This document shows positions 17,692 through 27,516 of a stretch of 64,000 bases of DNA, piece by piece. The DNA is taken from the NCBI GenBank assembly GCA_963666365.2, contig CAXXNF010000001.1:1408001-1472000 (forward strand), in the 5' to 3' direction. Below the pieces are notes generated by a model that saw nothing but the letters and a program-made list of their open reading frames with translations, ran no database searches and was not told where the DNA came from. The position numbers were made by a program, and so were the translations under genes. The stretch is from Syntrophales bacterium (GTDB lineage Bacteria > Desulfobacterota > Syntrophia > Syntrophales > UBA2210). Within the stretch, counting starts at the first letter, position 1. Each line of letters begins with the position of its first letter.

Positions 17692-19056
17692 ATGGCATCG
17701 ACAAAAGAAACACTCGAAAATGTGCTCCAATCAATAGATCAGGGAGCCGTTCCCTCCTGCATACTCATATACGGTGATGAATCCTACCTCGTCGGCAAGG
17801 CCCGTGATCGGATCATAGAAAGAATTTTTCCCGCAGGGGTGCCGGAACTCAATCTTTTTTACATGGACGGCGAGCGCGCCGATGTGGAAAGGATTTGCGA
17901 AACCATTCTCACCCCTTCGCTCATTCCTGGAAGAAAAGTCGTTATGGTCACACAGACCGGCCTCTTGACATCCAAGGCGTCGGCGCCGACACTTCTCCAG
18001 GAAGCTGCAGGAAAGCTGCAGGAAGATCCCCCCGCTGCGGCGCGACTTTTTCTTCGGTTTGCCGGTCTTATGGGCTGGACCTTCGAAGAAATGGCCGAAG
18101 GAGATTGGAAAAAGATTACCGATGCCGAGTGGCGTTCCTTGATCGGTGACGAAGGGGATGTCGCGCGGGAAGAATTTTTTCCCGGAATACTGTCCGTCTG
18201 TCGTGAGCATAATATTACCACCGTGCCCACGGTGAGCGATACCGACCGCCTCGAATCTATCCTGAACGGCCAAATGCCCGATACCATCAGCCTCATCCTC
18301 ACGGCCTCCGCGGCGGATAAAAGGAAGCGGCTTTATAAAGTCATTTCGGAAACAGGCGTGGTGCTCCACTATCCACGAACCGCCAAGGAAGGCCAGCAGA
18401 AACAGCTTTTCTCTGAGGCCGCCGCCGCGTTTTTGTCAGAAAAGGGGAAAAAACTTACCGCCGATGCCTTTGCCGCACTCGGTGAAAGGGTGGGGTATGC
18501 CTATCAGGACGCCCTTGGGGCGCTTGACAAGGTGGCGACCTACGTAGGCGATCGATCGCGCATCGAAAGAGCGGATGTAGAGGCAGTCACGGGCGCCACA
18601 AAAGAGGAAAAGGTCTTTGCACTGACCACGGCGTTGGCTGAAAAAAAACTGGAAGAGGGCCTTCTTGCCCTGAACCGGCTTTTGGAGCAGGAACTCCATC
18701 CTCTGATGATTCTCGCCATGATAATAAGGGAGATCAGACTCCTCGTTCAGGGAAAACTGCTGCTTGCGTCGGGGATTATTCCTTCGTCGGTGCCCGCCCG
18801 CTACAATGACTTTCAGAATCGCATCTATCCCATGATAAAAGAGGCGGCCGGCAGGGAAGAGAAGAAAACGGTGCAGCTCTACAGCCAGCATCCCTACGTC
18901 ATGTACAATGCGCTGAGAAACTCCCGCCGTTTTTCCTGGGATGAACTGATGGGCTGCATGGACAGGCTGGTTGAGACCGACATCACCTTAAAATCGAGCG
19001 CCGCCCAACCCCGCCTCGTTATGGAACGCCTGGTGATCGAACTCTGCGGAAAGTGA
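17692..19056 (+). CDS. holA: DNA polymerase III delta subunit (long form)
   Basis: LIYGDESYLV, DKRKRLYK, LDKVATYVG, VFALTTAL, ETDITLKSS...MERLVIELC. Confidence 0.85.
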   Translation: MASTKETLENVLQSIDQGAVPSCILIYGDESYLVGKARDRIIERIFPAGVPELNLFYMDGERADVERICETILTPSLIPGRKVVMVTQTGLLTSKASAPTLLQEAAGKLQEDPPAAARLFLRFAGLMGWTFEEMAEGDWKKITDAEWRSLIGDEGDVAREEFFPGILSVCREHNITTVPTVSDTDRLESILNGQMPDTISLILTASAADKRKRLYKVISETGVVLHYPRTAKEGQQKQLFSEAAAAFLSEKGKKLTADAFAALGERVGYAYQDALGALDKVATYVGDRSRIERADVEAVTGATKEEKVFALTTALAEKKLEEGLLALNRLLEQELHPLMILAMIIREIRLLVQGKLLLASGIIPSSVPARYNDFQNRIYPMIKEAAGREEKKTVQLYSQHPYVMYNALRNSRRFSWDELMGCMDRLVETDITLKSSAAQPRLVMERLVIELCGK

Positions 19057-19155
19057 TCTGGTCTGTCTGGTTCATTTGGTCTATCTGGTTCATTTGGTCT
19101 GTCTGGTCTTTTTGGTCTGACTGTTTCATTTGGTCTGTCTGGTCTGTTTGGTAGA
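19057..19155. repeat. Tandem array of 11 degenerate 9-mers (tYtggtYYN)
   Basis: tctggtctg tctggttca tttggtcta ... begins immediately after the holA stop, between convergent genes. Confidence 0.9.
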
Positions 19156-19181
19156 ATGAGTCGTTTGGATCGTTGTGAGCG

Positions 19182-19715
19182 TTAGAGTTTTTTTAACACT
19201 CTCCTTGCCTGCCGTTCCCGTTTCGACGGTTTTCGTGAGGGCCCCTTTTTTCTGGCGGCGCCGGTTCTGTCGGATTCACTGTCGTCCGGTTCGTCCGGAA
19301 AAAAGTCATCCTGCCCTGTCGGGGCAATTTCATCCAGGGCCATTTTCATTTCAAAATCCGCGGAGGCCAGTGCCACCTTTCCCGATCGCACCGCCCCATC
19401 CGCCACATCGCGATCGGAGGTAACCACTACGATTTCCTCCCCCCCTTTCCGGGCCATGCGCTTTATCACTTCATCGGCCCGTTCGCCCCGCCTTGAGTAG
19501 ACGATCTGCAGTCCCCCCTCATTCAGGCGCGTTTCCCGGGATGCGCCATCGATCCATCCGTCAAACACCACGGTAATCCTGTTTCCCCGAATCTTTCGAT
19601 AGGCGGAAAGGCGCCGGATCAGCCCTTTCCTTCCTTCCTCCAGGCTGATCCTTTCCAGCCGGCTCAGCGATGGGGACTGCCTGATAAGATTATATCCGTC
19701 TATAATAATATGCAT
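19182..19715 (-). CDS. NYN-domain ribonuclease (YacP/Rae1-like)
   Basis: IIIDGYNLI, TVVFDG, YSRRGERADEVI, VVTSDRDV. Confidence 0.88.
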   Translation of the reverse strand: MHIIIDGYNLIRQSPSLSRLERISLEEGRKGLIRRLSAYRKIRGNRITVVFDGWIDGASRETRLNEGGLQIVYSRRGERADEVIKRMARKGGEEIVVVTSDRDVADGAVRSGKVALASADFEMKMALDEIAPTGQDDFFPDEPDDSESDRTGAARKKGPSRKPSKRERQARRVLKKL

Positions 19716-19908
19716 GATAAAGGCCTCGTATGTGTTCTATAGAAGTGAAACGAATAAATCAAGGGCCAGGCTAAAAAAGTCTTGACTAATCAAGAAGAAA
19801 GAAGGAATCTTTTTCAGCGATGTGCCGTGAATGGCGAGCCTGTGCGGGTCGCCGAAGGAGCAAAAGAACGGAAGATCTTTACTGAAAGATCAACCCAGGG
19901 GGGACGAT

Positions 19909-20676
19909 ATGAATCTTTCGAAGTGCAGGGTTATAGTGACGGGCGGCGCCTCCGGGCTGGGAGAGGCAACGGTGCGCATGTTTCACCGGGCCGGTGCGTC
20001 GGTGGCGATTTTCGACATAAAGGCGGAACAGGGCGAGCAACTTGCCGGGGAATTGGGAGAATCGGTGCGTTTTGTTCATGCCGATGTCACTAGTGAAGAA
20101 AGTGTGCGAGAAGCCGTTCGCTTTACCGAGGAGGCCTTCTCGGGCGTTGATGTGGCGGTCAACTGCGCCGGCATCGGCTTTGCCGAAAAGATTCTCAGCA
20201 AACGCGGCCCCATGTCGCTTGCCAACTTCAATGCGATTGTGCAGCTTAACCTGACGGGAACGGTGAATATAGTGATCAGAGCCGTGGAATCGATGGTGAA
20301 ACACAGTCCCAACGAAGAAGGCGAACGGGGGGTGATCATCAACACGGCATCGACGGCCGCCTTTGACGGGCAGATCGGTCAGGCCGCCTACAGCGCGTCC
20401 AAGGCGGGCGTTGTCGGCATGACCCTGCCCATTGCGAGAGAGTGTGCCGAATACGGCGTCAGGATCATGACCATCGCCCCCGGTGTGTTTGAAACGCCGC
20501 TGCTTGCAATGCTTTCTCAGGAGCAGCGCGACGCCCTGGCAGCCGATGTGCCCTTTCCCCGGCGATTGGGAAGACCCGAGGAATTTGCCCGGCTGGCGCT
20601 CCACATCGTAGAAAACCCGATGTTGAACGGCGAAGTGATCCGTCTCGACGGCGCCCTCAGAATGAAGGCCCGGTGA
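19909..20676 (+). CDS. SDR family 3-hydroxyacyl-CoA dehydrogenase (HSD17B10/type II-like)
   Basis: VTGGASGLG, VNCAGI, ERGVIINTASTAAFDGQIGQAAYSASKAG, NGEVIRLDGALRM; start ATG 19909. Confidence 0.93.
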   Translation: MNLSKCRVIVTGGASGLGEATVRMFHRAGASVAIFDIKAEQGEQLAGELGESVRFVHADVTSEESVREAVRFTEEAFSGVDVAVNCAGIGFAEKILSKRGPMSLANFNAIVQLNLTGTVNIVIRAVESMVKHSPNEEGERGVIINTASTAAFDGQIGQAAYSASKAGVVGMTLPIARECAEYGVRIMTIAPGVFETPLLAMLSQEQRDALAADVPFPRRLGRPEEFARLALHIVENPMLNGEVIRLDGALRMKAR

Positions 20677-20829
20677 GCGGATGTGCGCGATTCAGGGCGG
20701 CCTGATGAGCCTCATGCACTTTACCTGTCATCCCGAGGGCATAGATGCTCACCACTCAAATAGCCTTTCCTGCAGGGGTAAATGCCACATCTGCAGGAAG
20801 CGGGCAGGTAAAAATTTTCATATTTTCTC

Positions 20830-20858
20830 TTGACAGTGAGGATGTAAGTGGGTATGAG
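20830..20858 (+). promoter_or_regulatory. Putative sigma-70 promoter of the ABC transporter operon
   Basis: TTGACA-17 bp-TATGAG preceded by an AT-rich tract. Confidence 0.5.
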
Positions 20859-21200
20859 ACACTTGTTATTTGTTCCGCTGTGGGGAGTCAGCGTGCGATA
20901 AGTCAAGATAGAACGTAGCGAAGCGCATTCGGGGGGGTGGGTGTTCATGGTTTCTTCTATCAGCAGTCCTTTTCACCTATGGAAAAACGGGCAATACGGC
21001 AGCCTGCGCGGTGTATGTTTCTTCGTGTATTCACCGGTGTGTCGTCCAGTGTTTTCTTTATATCAAGGCAGCAGCAACAGTATCTCGTCGGAATTTTCTC
21101 ACTGAACAGGTGAGGGAGGCAGGGCGTTGCTGCGGCCGGCAATCGACAAGGCGCGTTCTTAATAAGTACCATTCATTATTCATTCGCACATTTTTGTGAG

Positions 21201-22280
21201 GTGATGCCTATGGACATGAAGCGTGAGTATTACGAGGACATTCAACTCTTCTCAAGCGGCGTCGTTCTTTTCTGGACCGTTGCCCTTCTGGCGGTGCTTT
21301 TTACGATACCCCTCTATGCACAGAACTATTATATTTACCTTTTTAATCTGATTATGGTGCATATCATCCTGGCCGTGGGTCTCAATATCCTGGTGGGATC
21401 CACGGGGCAGATGGCCCTGGGGCACGCCGGTTTTTTTGCAATCGGCGCCTATGTCACGGTGCTGCTCATGACGCAGTTCCATGTGCCCTTTTTCCTGGCA
21501 ATTATTATCGCCTCATTCATTGCGGCCTTTTTCGGGTTTCTGCTGGGCCTGCCGGCCCTAAGGCTTGAAGGCCCCTATCTGGCAATCGCCACGCTTGGTT
21601 TCGGGCTGGCCATCATGCATGTGATCGGCCACTGGGAAATCTTCGGAGGCCGCAACGGCCTCTCGGCGCCGCCCCTCGATATCGGCATTCCGCAGCTCGG
21701 CCTCAGCTGGGTCCTGGAATCGGACGTAAGCAAATACTACCTCATTCTGGTGATCATGATTCTTATGGTCGTCGGTGCGGTCAATATCCTTAAAACCCGT
21801 GTCGGGCGAGCCTTTGTCGCGATCAGGGACAGTGACATCGCCGCCGAGGTCATCGGTGTCAATCTCACTATCTATAAGACCCTGTCTTTTGCGGTAAGCG
21901 CCTTTTACGCCGGTATCGCCGGCGGGCTTTTCGGATTTGTGCTCGGATTTTTCGATCCCTTTACCTTTAACCTGCTCCTGTCAATCATCTTTCTGGTTAT
22001 GATCGTGGTCGGCGGGCTCGGTTCGGTCATGGGATCGATTACGGGCGCGGCCCTCATTACCTATCTCCAGTATGACCTCCTGAAGAACGTCGATGAAGTG
22101 CCCTACCTGGGAGATCTTCTTATTGGGATATCGAGGAAATGGCTGACCGTGACGGGTCTCGACAATTTCAACAGCATCGCCCTGGGGCTCATCATGATCG
22201 GCATTGTGGTGTTGGAGCCCCTGGGAATATTCGGCATATGGATCAGGATGAAAAAATACTGGATGACCTGGCCGTTCTAG
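21201..22280 (+). CDS. Branched-chain amino acid-type ABC permease (LivM-like)
   Basis: GLNILVGSTGQMALGHAGF, LRLEGPYLAIATL, GRAFVAIRDSDIAA. Confidence 0.92.
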   Translation: MMPMDMKREYYEDIQLFSSGVVLFWTVALLAVLFTIPLYAQNYYIYLFNLIMVHIILAVGLNILVGSTGQMALGHAGFFAIGAYVTVLLMTQFHVPFFLAIIIASFIAAFFGFLLGLPALRLEGPYLAIATLGFGLAIMHVIGHWEIFGGRNGLSAPPLDIGIPQLGLSWVLESDVSKYYLILVIMILMVVGAVNILKTRVGRAFVAIRDSDIAAEVIGVNLTIYKTLSFAVSAFYAGIAGGLFGFVLGFFDPFTFNLLLSIIFLVMIVVGGLGSVMGSITGAALITYLQYDLLKNVDEVPYLGDLLIGISRKWLTVTGLDNFNSIALGLIMIGIVVLEPLGIFGIWIRMKKYWMTWPF

Positions 22281-22378
22281 CAACGAGCGTGCATGTGGCG
22301 CGTACTGAAATTTAACAGACATCCTTGGATGTGACGATCTCACGGAAAAGGCACTCACAGATTTCATGAGGAGGGACA

Positions 22379-23254
22379 ATGCCAGTAGGACAACTGATTA
22401 TCGAGGGGTTGGCCATCGGCGCCTGTTACGGTCTTTTTGGAATTGCCGTGGTAATTATCTATAAGACATCGGAGGTGGTCAACTTCGGTCAGGGAGAAAT
22501 GGCCATGTTTTCCACTTTTGTTGCCTATCACATCCTTACCTATTATCACTGTCCCTTCTGGATCGCCTTTATCATCACGCTTGTCTTTGCGGCGCTTCTG
22601 GGGATTGTCATCGAATTCTGCTTTTTGCGCCCCGCGAAAGACCCCAGTCTGCTCGGTCTCATCGTTATTACCCTGGGCGCCGAGATGCTGCTCATGGGAC
22701 TTGCGAGCTGGAAGTGGGGCGCCGAACAGAAAGAATTTGTGATGCCCATGTCATACCAGGTAACCCACGAACCCCTGCCGGGCATAATGATAAGCGACTG
22801 GGCCATTGCAGTGTTTATTACGGCGGCGATTGTCATGGTGCTCATGTTTCTGTTCTTCAAGTTTACCAATCTGGGCATGGCGATGAGGGCAACCCAGCAG
22901 AATCAGCATGCCGCAAAGATCATGGGCATACGGACCGAACGGATCTTTTCTTTTGCCTGGGGAATGAGTTCGCTCATTGGTGTGATTGCCGCCATGTTTT
23001 TTTCGGCAAAGGCGACCCTCGATCCCCAGTTTATGATGGAGCCCTTTCTGCGAACCTTTGCGGCAGCCGTTCTCGGCGGGCTCATGAGTATTCCCGGTGT
23101 CTTTATCGGCGGGGAGATGCTCGGTCTTATTGAGAACTTTTTCGGGTATATATGGCCGGAGTGGAAACCGATTATCGCCTTTGTAGTGATCGTGCTTGTG
23201 CTCTGCATCCGTCCCAGCGGACTCTTTGCGCGGCATTATGTGAAAAAGGTCTGA
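22379..23254 (+). CDS. Branched-chain amino acid-type ABC permease (LivH-like)
   Basis: VVNFGQGEM, GMAMRATQQN, FAAAVLGG, RPSGLF. Confidence 0.92.
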   Translation: MPVGQLIIEGLAIGACYGLFGIAVVIIYKTSEVVNFGQGEMAMFSTFVAYHILTYYHCPFWIAFIITLVFAALLGIVIEFCFLRPAKDPSLLGLIVITLGAEMLLMGLASWKWGAEQKEFVMPMSYQVTHEPLPGIMISDWAIAVFITAAIVMVLMFLFFKFTNLGMAMRATQQNQHAAKIMGIRTERIFSFAWGMSSLIGVIAAMFFSAKATLDPQFMMEPFLRTFAAAVLGGLMSIPGVFIGGEMLGLIENFFGYIWPEWKPIIAFVVIVLVLCIRPSGLFARHYVKKV

Positions 23255-23412
23255 CCCGTTATTGTCTCTGTTGCCTGGTTTTGAAGTTAAAGGATGGGCA
23301 ACGCAAAGAGGCGAGGCGGCAAGAAGCGCCAATATGACAAAAAGTCGTTATTAATATAAAGGAAATAACTCACAGGTGCGTGAGGAGGACCCTCGGAACA
23401 AAAATAATTGAA

Positions 23413-23478
23413 TTTCGCCCATAGACGCAGGGGCGCAGAGGATAAGAGAATGTAAAAATGTGTGGCGTTCCTGCGGGG
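23413..23478. repeat. Degenerate single copy of the cgcagag hairpin family seen at 48.2-49.3 kb and 63.75-64 kb
   Basis: tttcgcccatagacgcaggggcgcagagg...gcgttcctgcggggg resembles tttcgcgcagagccgccgaggcgcagagg...gcgcctctgcggga. Confidence 0.55.
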
Positions 23479-23512
23479 GTAAGAATGAATCAGGTGCTGA
23501 GAAGGATAGGCA

Positions 23513-23974
23513 ATGCGAAGAAAGACATTTGGCAAGACCGCGCTATGCATCATTGGAGTGATTCTTTTCGTGGGGCTGTTTAGTGGCGGTGCAATCGCTT
23601 CAGCGGAGCAGGGTGCGCGTTCAGAGGAAGCGGCCGTGCTGGAGGCGGCGCGAAACTATCTCGATGCCGAGGTAAAGAAGGATTATCCCCGCATCTATGC
23701 CTGCCTCAGCCCTTCTTCGGCCTATTGCGCCTCTCACACCTATGATGAGTACCTCGAGGAGGCTCGTTCCGCAGCCAGCTCGGTCAGTGAGTATCAAATA
23801 ATTGCCATTACCTATATACGAGAGAATGAGGACCGGGACAAGTTTCCCTCAGTCGAAAAGTTTGCCGAGGTCGAGGTCGAAGTAGTGGTGCATTATTCGG
23901 ACACAAATACATCGTCCGAATACAATATAGGGTTCATTTTTATGAAAGAAGGTGGAAAGTGGTACAAAAGCTAG
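23513..23974 (+). CDS. Secreted hypothetical protein, possibly NTF2-like fold
   Basis: Signal peptide; AARNYLDA...DYPRIYACLS and terminal FMKEGGKWY pattern typical of NTF2-like/DUF4878-type proteins. Confidence 0.65.
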   Translation: MRRKTFGKTALCIIGVILFVGLFSGGAIASAEQGARSEEAAVLEAARNYLDAEVKKDYPRIYACLSPSSAYCASHTYDEYLEEARSAASSVSEYQIIAITYIRENEDRDKFPSVEKFAEVEVEVVVHYSDTNTSSEYNIGFIFMKEGGKWYKS

Positions 23975-23992
23975 CCACAAAAGAGTGGAGCT

Positions 23993-24055
23993 TTAACCAA
24001 ACGAACCAAATAAACTAAATGGACCAAACAAACCAGACAGACCAGACAGACCAAA
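23993..24055. repeat. Seven 9-mers, reverse complement of the 19057 array
   Basis: cgaaccaaa taaactaaa tggaccaaa caaaccaga cagaccaga cagaccaaa, abutting the SD of the next gene. Confidence 0.85.
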
Positions 24056-24070
24056 AAAGGAGGAAATCGT

Positions 24071-25270
24071 ATGGATCTGAGAAAAACTTTATTCGTCATG
24101 GTGGCAGCGATCCTGGTACTTTTTCTGATGGTTCCTTCCTGCTATGCAAAAGCGAAGGGATTTGACGACAAGGAAATAAGGATCGGCCAGTGGGGCCCGC
24201 AGACGGGACCGGCCGCACCCTGGGGTTCCGTTGCGCGGGGCAGCAAGCTTCTTTTTGATATCATCAACGAAGAGGGGGGAATTCACGGCAGGCAGATTAA
24301 ATACTTCATCAGAGACGACCAGTATAATCCTTCACAGACAAAACTGGCCGTCAAGGAACTGGTTGAACGAAAAGGCGTATTCGCCTTTGTGGGCGGCGTC
24401 GGATCGTCCTGCGGTCTGGCAGTGAAAGATTATCTGAGCAAAAATAAAATCATATGGGTGGGTCCCTGTTCGGGCGCCAAGGATTTCTTCGAACCCGTCG
24501 ATCCCTACGTGTGGGTGCTCTGGCCCCCCTATGACGATGATGCCAGTATTCTTACCAAATACGCAGCGGAAAAAATGAATTTCAAAAAGATAGGGTTTTT
24601 CTACCAGAATGACACCTATGGAATAGACGGTCTCGAAGCCGCGAGGTACCGGTTGGGAAAAATGGGAATGAAGCTGGTCGCCGAGGTGCCCGTTGAACCG
24701 ACGGAGAAGGATCTTTCCTCCCAGATGGCGAAGTTTCAGGCTGCCGGCGCCGAGGCAATCGTTGCCTTCATCTCCCCGGTGCAGGCGGCAATTGCACTGA
24801 AAACATGCATCACCCTCGGATACCATCCCCAGTGGATTCATTCCTACAACCTTTCAGATTATCTCCTTATGAACATGATTACGGGAGGGCTCTGGGCGAA
24901 AGAAGGGGTCATTACCAGCGGCTTTACGGAAACTCCCTATTCCGATTCCCCGCTGATGACGAAATACCGAGAAGCAGCGAAGCGTCTGGCCAAGGAAGAG
25001 CGCTGGGCGATTTTCTATATGGCGGGCATAGTCGTCGGCGAACCGCTGGTGTGGGCCCTGAAAGAAGTCGGACGGGATCTGAGCACCGAGGCGGTCAGGC
25101 AGAAACTCGATTCGATCAAAAACTTCCAGGGCATTGGTCCTCCGCTGAACTGGACTCCCGACAATCACCGGGGCCCCAGTGCCGTTGTCATATGGAAATG
25201 CGGTCCCAATGCGGAAACCATTTTACTGCAGGATTGGGCGGTGAATGAAATCCCCCGCTATAAAAAATAA
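24071..25270 (+). CDS. ABC transporter substrate-binding protein (LivK/PBP1 type)
   Basis: Signal peptide; GPQTGPAAPWG, NEEGGIHGRQI, DDQYNP, YQNDTYG. Confidence 0.92.
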   Translation: MDLRKTLFVMVAAILVLFLMVPSCYAKAKGFDDKEIRIGQWGPQTGPAAPWGSVARGSKLLFDIINEEGGIHGRQIKYFIRDDQYNPSQTKLAVKELVERKGVFAFVGGVGSSCGLAVKDYLSKNKIIWVGPCSGAKDFFEPVDPYVWVLWPPYDDDASILTKYAAEKMNFKKIGFFYQNDTYGIDGLEAARYRLGKMGMKLVAEVPVEPTEKDLSSQMAKFQAAGAEAIVAFISPVQAAIALKTCITLGYHPQWIHSYNLSDYLLMNMITGGLWAKEGVITSGFTETPYSDSPLMTKYREAAKRLAKEERWAIFYMAGIVVGEPLVWALKEVGRDLSTEAVRQKLDSIKNFQGIGPPLNWTPDNHRGPSAVVIWKCGPNAETILLQDWAVNEIPRYKK

Positions 25271-25276
25271 TGGCCC

Positions 25277-25396
25277 CGCAAAAATCACATTCCCCTCCCC
25301 TTGCGGGAGGGGATGAAGGGGAGCGGGTATTTTAAGAACGGGTAATAACGTTATTTTTCATTCTCTTCCCTCAAGGGGGATTTTGGACTTTTTGCG
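25277..25396. mobile_element. Second MITE/REP-like family (cccctccc...gggagggg core)
   Basis: Terminal cgcaaaaa / tttttgcg inverted repeat enclosing the hairpin cccctccccttgcgggagggg. Confidence 0.6.
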
Positions 25397-25461
25397 ATGC
25401 CCTTACTGTTGCCTTTCCCTGTTTCGGGACGGGTAATGAACAGTGTTGAAGGAGGGATACA

Positions 25462-26679
25462 ATGAATCATGGAAAGGCACTATTCATTGCGGCATTGGTG
25501 CTTATCGTGGGAATTTTTATGGCGGCGAATGCCTGTGTTGCAGGCAAGCCGGGATTTGACGATAGCGAAATAAGGATTGCGCAATTCAGTCCCCAAACAG
25601 GTCCGGCGGCGCCCTGGGGGGCGGTTGCCCGGGGCAGCGGATTGCTCTTCAAGCTTGTAAACGAGGAAGGGGGCATTCACGGGCGAAAGATCAATTACTT
25701 TATAAGGGATTCTCAATACAACCCGGCATTGGCGAAATCGGCGGTCAAAGAGCTGGTTGAACGGCAGGGCATATTCGCGGTTACGGGCGGCGTATCTGGT
25801 GCGGGAGGCCAGGCCGTAAAGGACTATCTTGCTCACAATAAGGTGCTATGGGTCGTTCCGGGTACAGCGGCCCTTAACACGGTCGCCGACAGGGATAAGG
25901 AATTTCCTCCCAGTCCCTACCGATTCTGTTCCTACCCGCTCTTTGAAGACGAGGCAAGCGTGGTGACGAAATATGCGGTGGAGACGCTGGGATACAAAAA
26001 GGTAGGTTTCCTTTACCAAAATGATGTGTTCGGCAAGGGGGGGTTGACCGGGTGCAAGCAGCGGCTTGCCGCCTACGGCATGGAGCTGGTTGCGGAGATC
26101 CCCGTAGAGCCGACGGAGAAAGATCTGGTGTCACAGTTGCTTCGGTTTAAAAATGCGGAAGCGGAGACCGTCCTTATGTGGGTGAGTCCCACACTTGCGG
26201 TGATTGCGCTTAAAACCTGCGCCAGCCTTGGATATAAACCGCAATGGATTGCCTTTGACGGCCTTTCCGATTATCCCCTCATGTATAAAATTACGGGCGG
26301 ACTTTTTGAGGGGGTGATTACCGCGGCCTTTGTGCCTCCTCCCAATTCCGATGAGCCGCTGGTGGTGAAATACCGCGAGGCGGCCAAAAGACTGATGCCG
26401 GAAGAGCGTTGGGGGTCCTTTTTCATAGCGGGAATACAGTTTGCGGAACCTCTCGTGGAAGTCCTGAGGCGTGTGGGGAGAGATCTCAGCACCGAAGCCT
26501 GTATAAAGGAACTCAATACCTTTACCAACTGGAAAGGTCTTGGAGGGGCGATCACGTGGAATGAGAATTGTCACCAGGGGACCGATTCCGTCCAGATTCA
26601 GAAATGCGGTCCCGGAGGGACACACATATTGCTGCAGGATTGGACGGCCAACGAACTTGCGACATGGAAGAAAAAATAG
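25462..26679 (+). CDS. ABC transporter substrate-binding protein, paralog of 24071..25270
   Basis: Colinear with the upstream SBP (PQTGPAAPWG, PVEPTEKDL, VGRDLSTEA, LLQDW). Confidence 0.92.
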   Translation: MNHGKALFIAALVLIVGIFMAANACVAGKPGFDDSEIRIAQFSPQTGPAAPWGAVARGSGLLFKLVNEEGGIHGRKINYFIRDSQYNPALAKSAVKELVERQGIFAVTGGVSGAGGQAVKDYLAHNKVLWVVPGTAALNTVADRDKEFPPSPYRFCSYPLFEDEASVVTKYAVETLGYKKVGFLYQNDVFGKGGLTGCKQRLAAYGMELVAEIPVEPTEKDLVSQLLRFKNAEAETVLMWVSPTLAVIALKTCASLGYKPQWIAFDGLSDYPLMYKITGGLFEGVITAAFVPPPNSDEPLVVKYREAAKRLMPEERWGSFFIAGIQFAEPLVEVLRRVGRDLSTEACIKELNTFTNWKGLGGAITWNENCHQGTDSVQIQKCGPGGTHILLQDWTANELATWKKK

Positions 26680-26739
26680 CTCACAGGTGTGCCGTAATGC
26701 CGGGACTTCGGATAGGAAAGGGAGAGGGATTGATATTCG

Positions 26740-27516
26740 ATGGACTATTTTCGCGTTGAAAATTTGAGCATCAGCTTCGGCGGTTTGAAGGCGGTAAACA
26801 ACATAAGCTTCAATGTCGAGGAGAACAAAATATTTTCGATCATTGGTCCCAACGGATCGGGGAAAACCACCATATTCAACCTGATCAGCGGCATTTACAA
26901 ACCCAATGACGGCAAGGTTATCCTTCAAGGGCGGAATCTGGTGGGCAAAACCCCCGACCGCATTGCCAAACGGGGTATCGCCAGGACGTTTCAGAATATC
27001 GAACTGTTCGGAAATGCCACAGTCATGGATAATCTGATGCTGGGACGGCACATTCATATGAAAACCGGTGTCTTCGGCGGCGCCTTCATGTGGGGCAGGC
27101 GCTCCCGGGCGGCGCGCGAGGAGATTGCCAATCGGGAGATTGTCGAGGGGATCATCGATTTCCTCGACCTTCAATCCGTCAGAGACAGTTTTGTCAGCAA
27201 TCTCCCCTACGGAAAGCGCAAACTGGTCGAGCTCGGCCGGGCGCTCGCTCTGGAGCCCAAGATACTGCTTCTCGATGAACCGTCGGCGGGCATGAACACA
27301 GAGGAGAAGGAAGATCTGAATATCTGGATAAAGGACATTCAGGAAGATTATCAGGTGACTATCCTGTTGATCGAGCACGACATGAACATGATCATGGGAA
27401 TTTCCGATCATGTCTTTGCCATGAACCAGGGCGAAAAGATTACGGAAGGTCCCCCTCTGGAGGTGCAGCGTCATCCGGAAGTAATCAAGGCCTATCTCGG
27501 GGAGGAGGGGATCTGA
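26740..27516 (+). CDS. ABC ATP-binding protein (LivG-like)
   Basis: GPNGSGKTT, IARTFQN, LLLDEP, IEHDM, VIKAYLG. Confidence 0.93.
   Translation: MDYFRVENLSISFGGLKAVNNISFNVEENKIFSIIGPNGSGKTTIFNLISGIYKPNDGKVILQGRNLVGKTPDRIAKRGIARTFQNIELFGNATVMDNLMLGRHIHMKTGVFGGAFMWGRRSRAAREEIANREIVEGIIDFLDLQSVRDSFVSNLPYGKRKLVELGRALALEPKILLLDEPSAGMNTEEKEDLNIWIKDIQEDYQVTILLIEHDMNMIMGISDHVFAMNQGEKITEGPPLEVQRHPEVIKAYLGEEGI

Noticed and set aside
19182..19715. NYN protein as a toxin or defence system
   Set aside because: Resembles the housekeeping YacP/Rae1 family; no antitoxin or defence neighbours
20677..21200. Small ORFs or an sRNA in the 520-bp intergenic region
   Set aside because: No recognisable RNA motif or convincing SD and ORF; only a plausible sigma-70 promoter could be supported
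26131..27474. Long antisense ORFs over ABC, UxaA and other genes (e.g. 447 aa here, 46941..48125, 45565..46566)
   Set aside because: They fully overlap well-supported genes on the opposite strand, lack motifs, and are expected in GC-rich coding DNA
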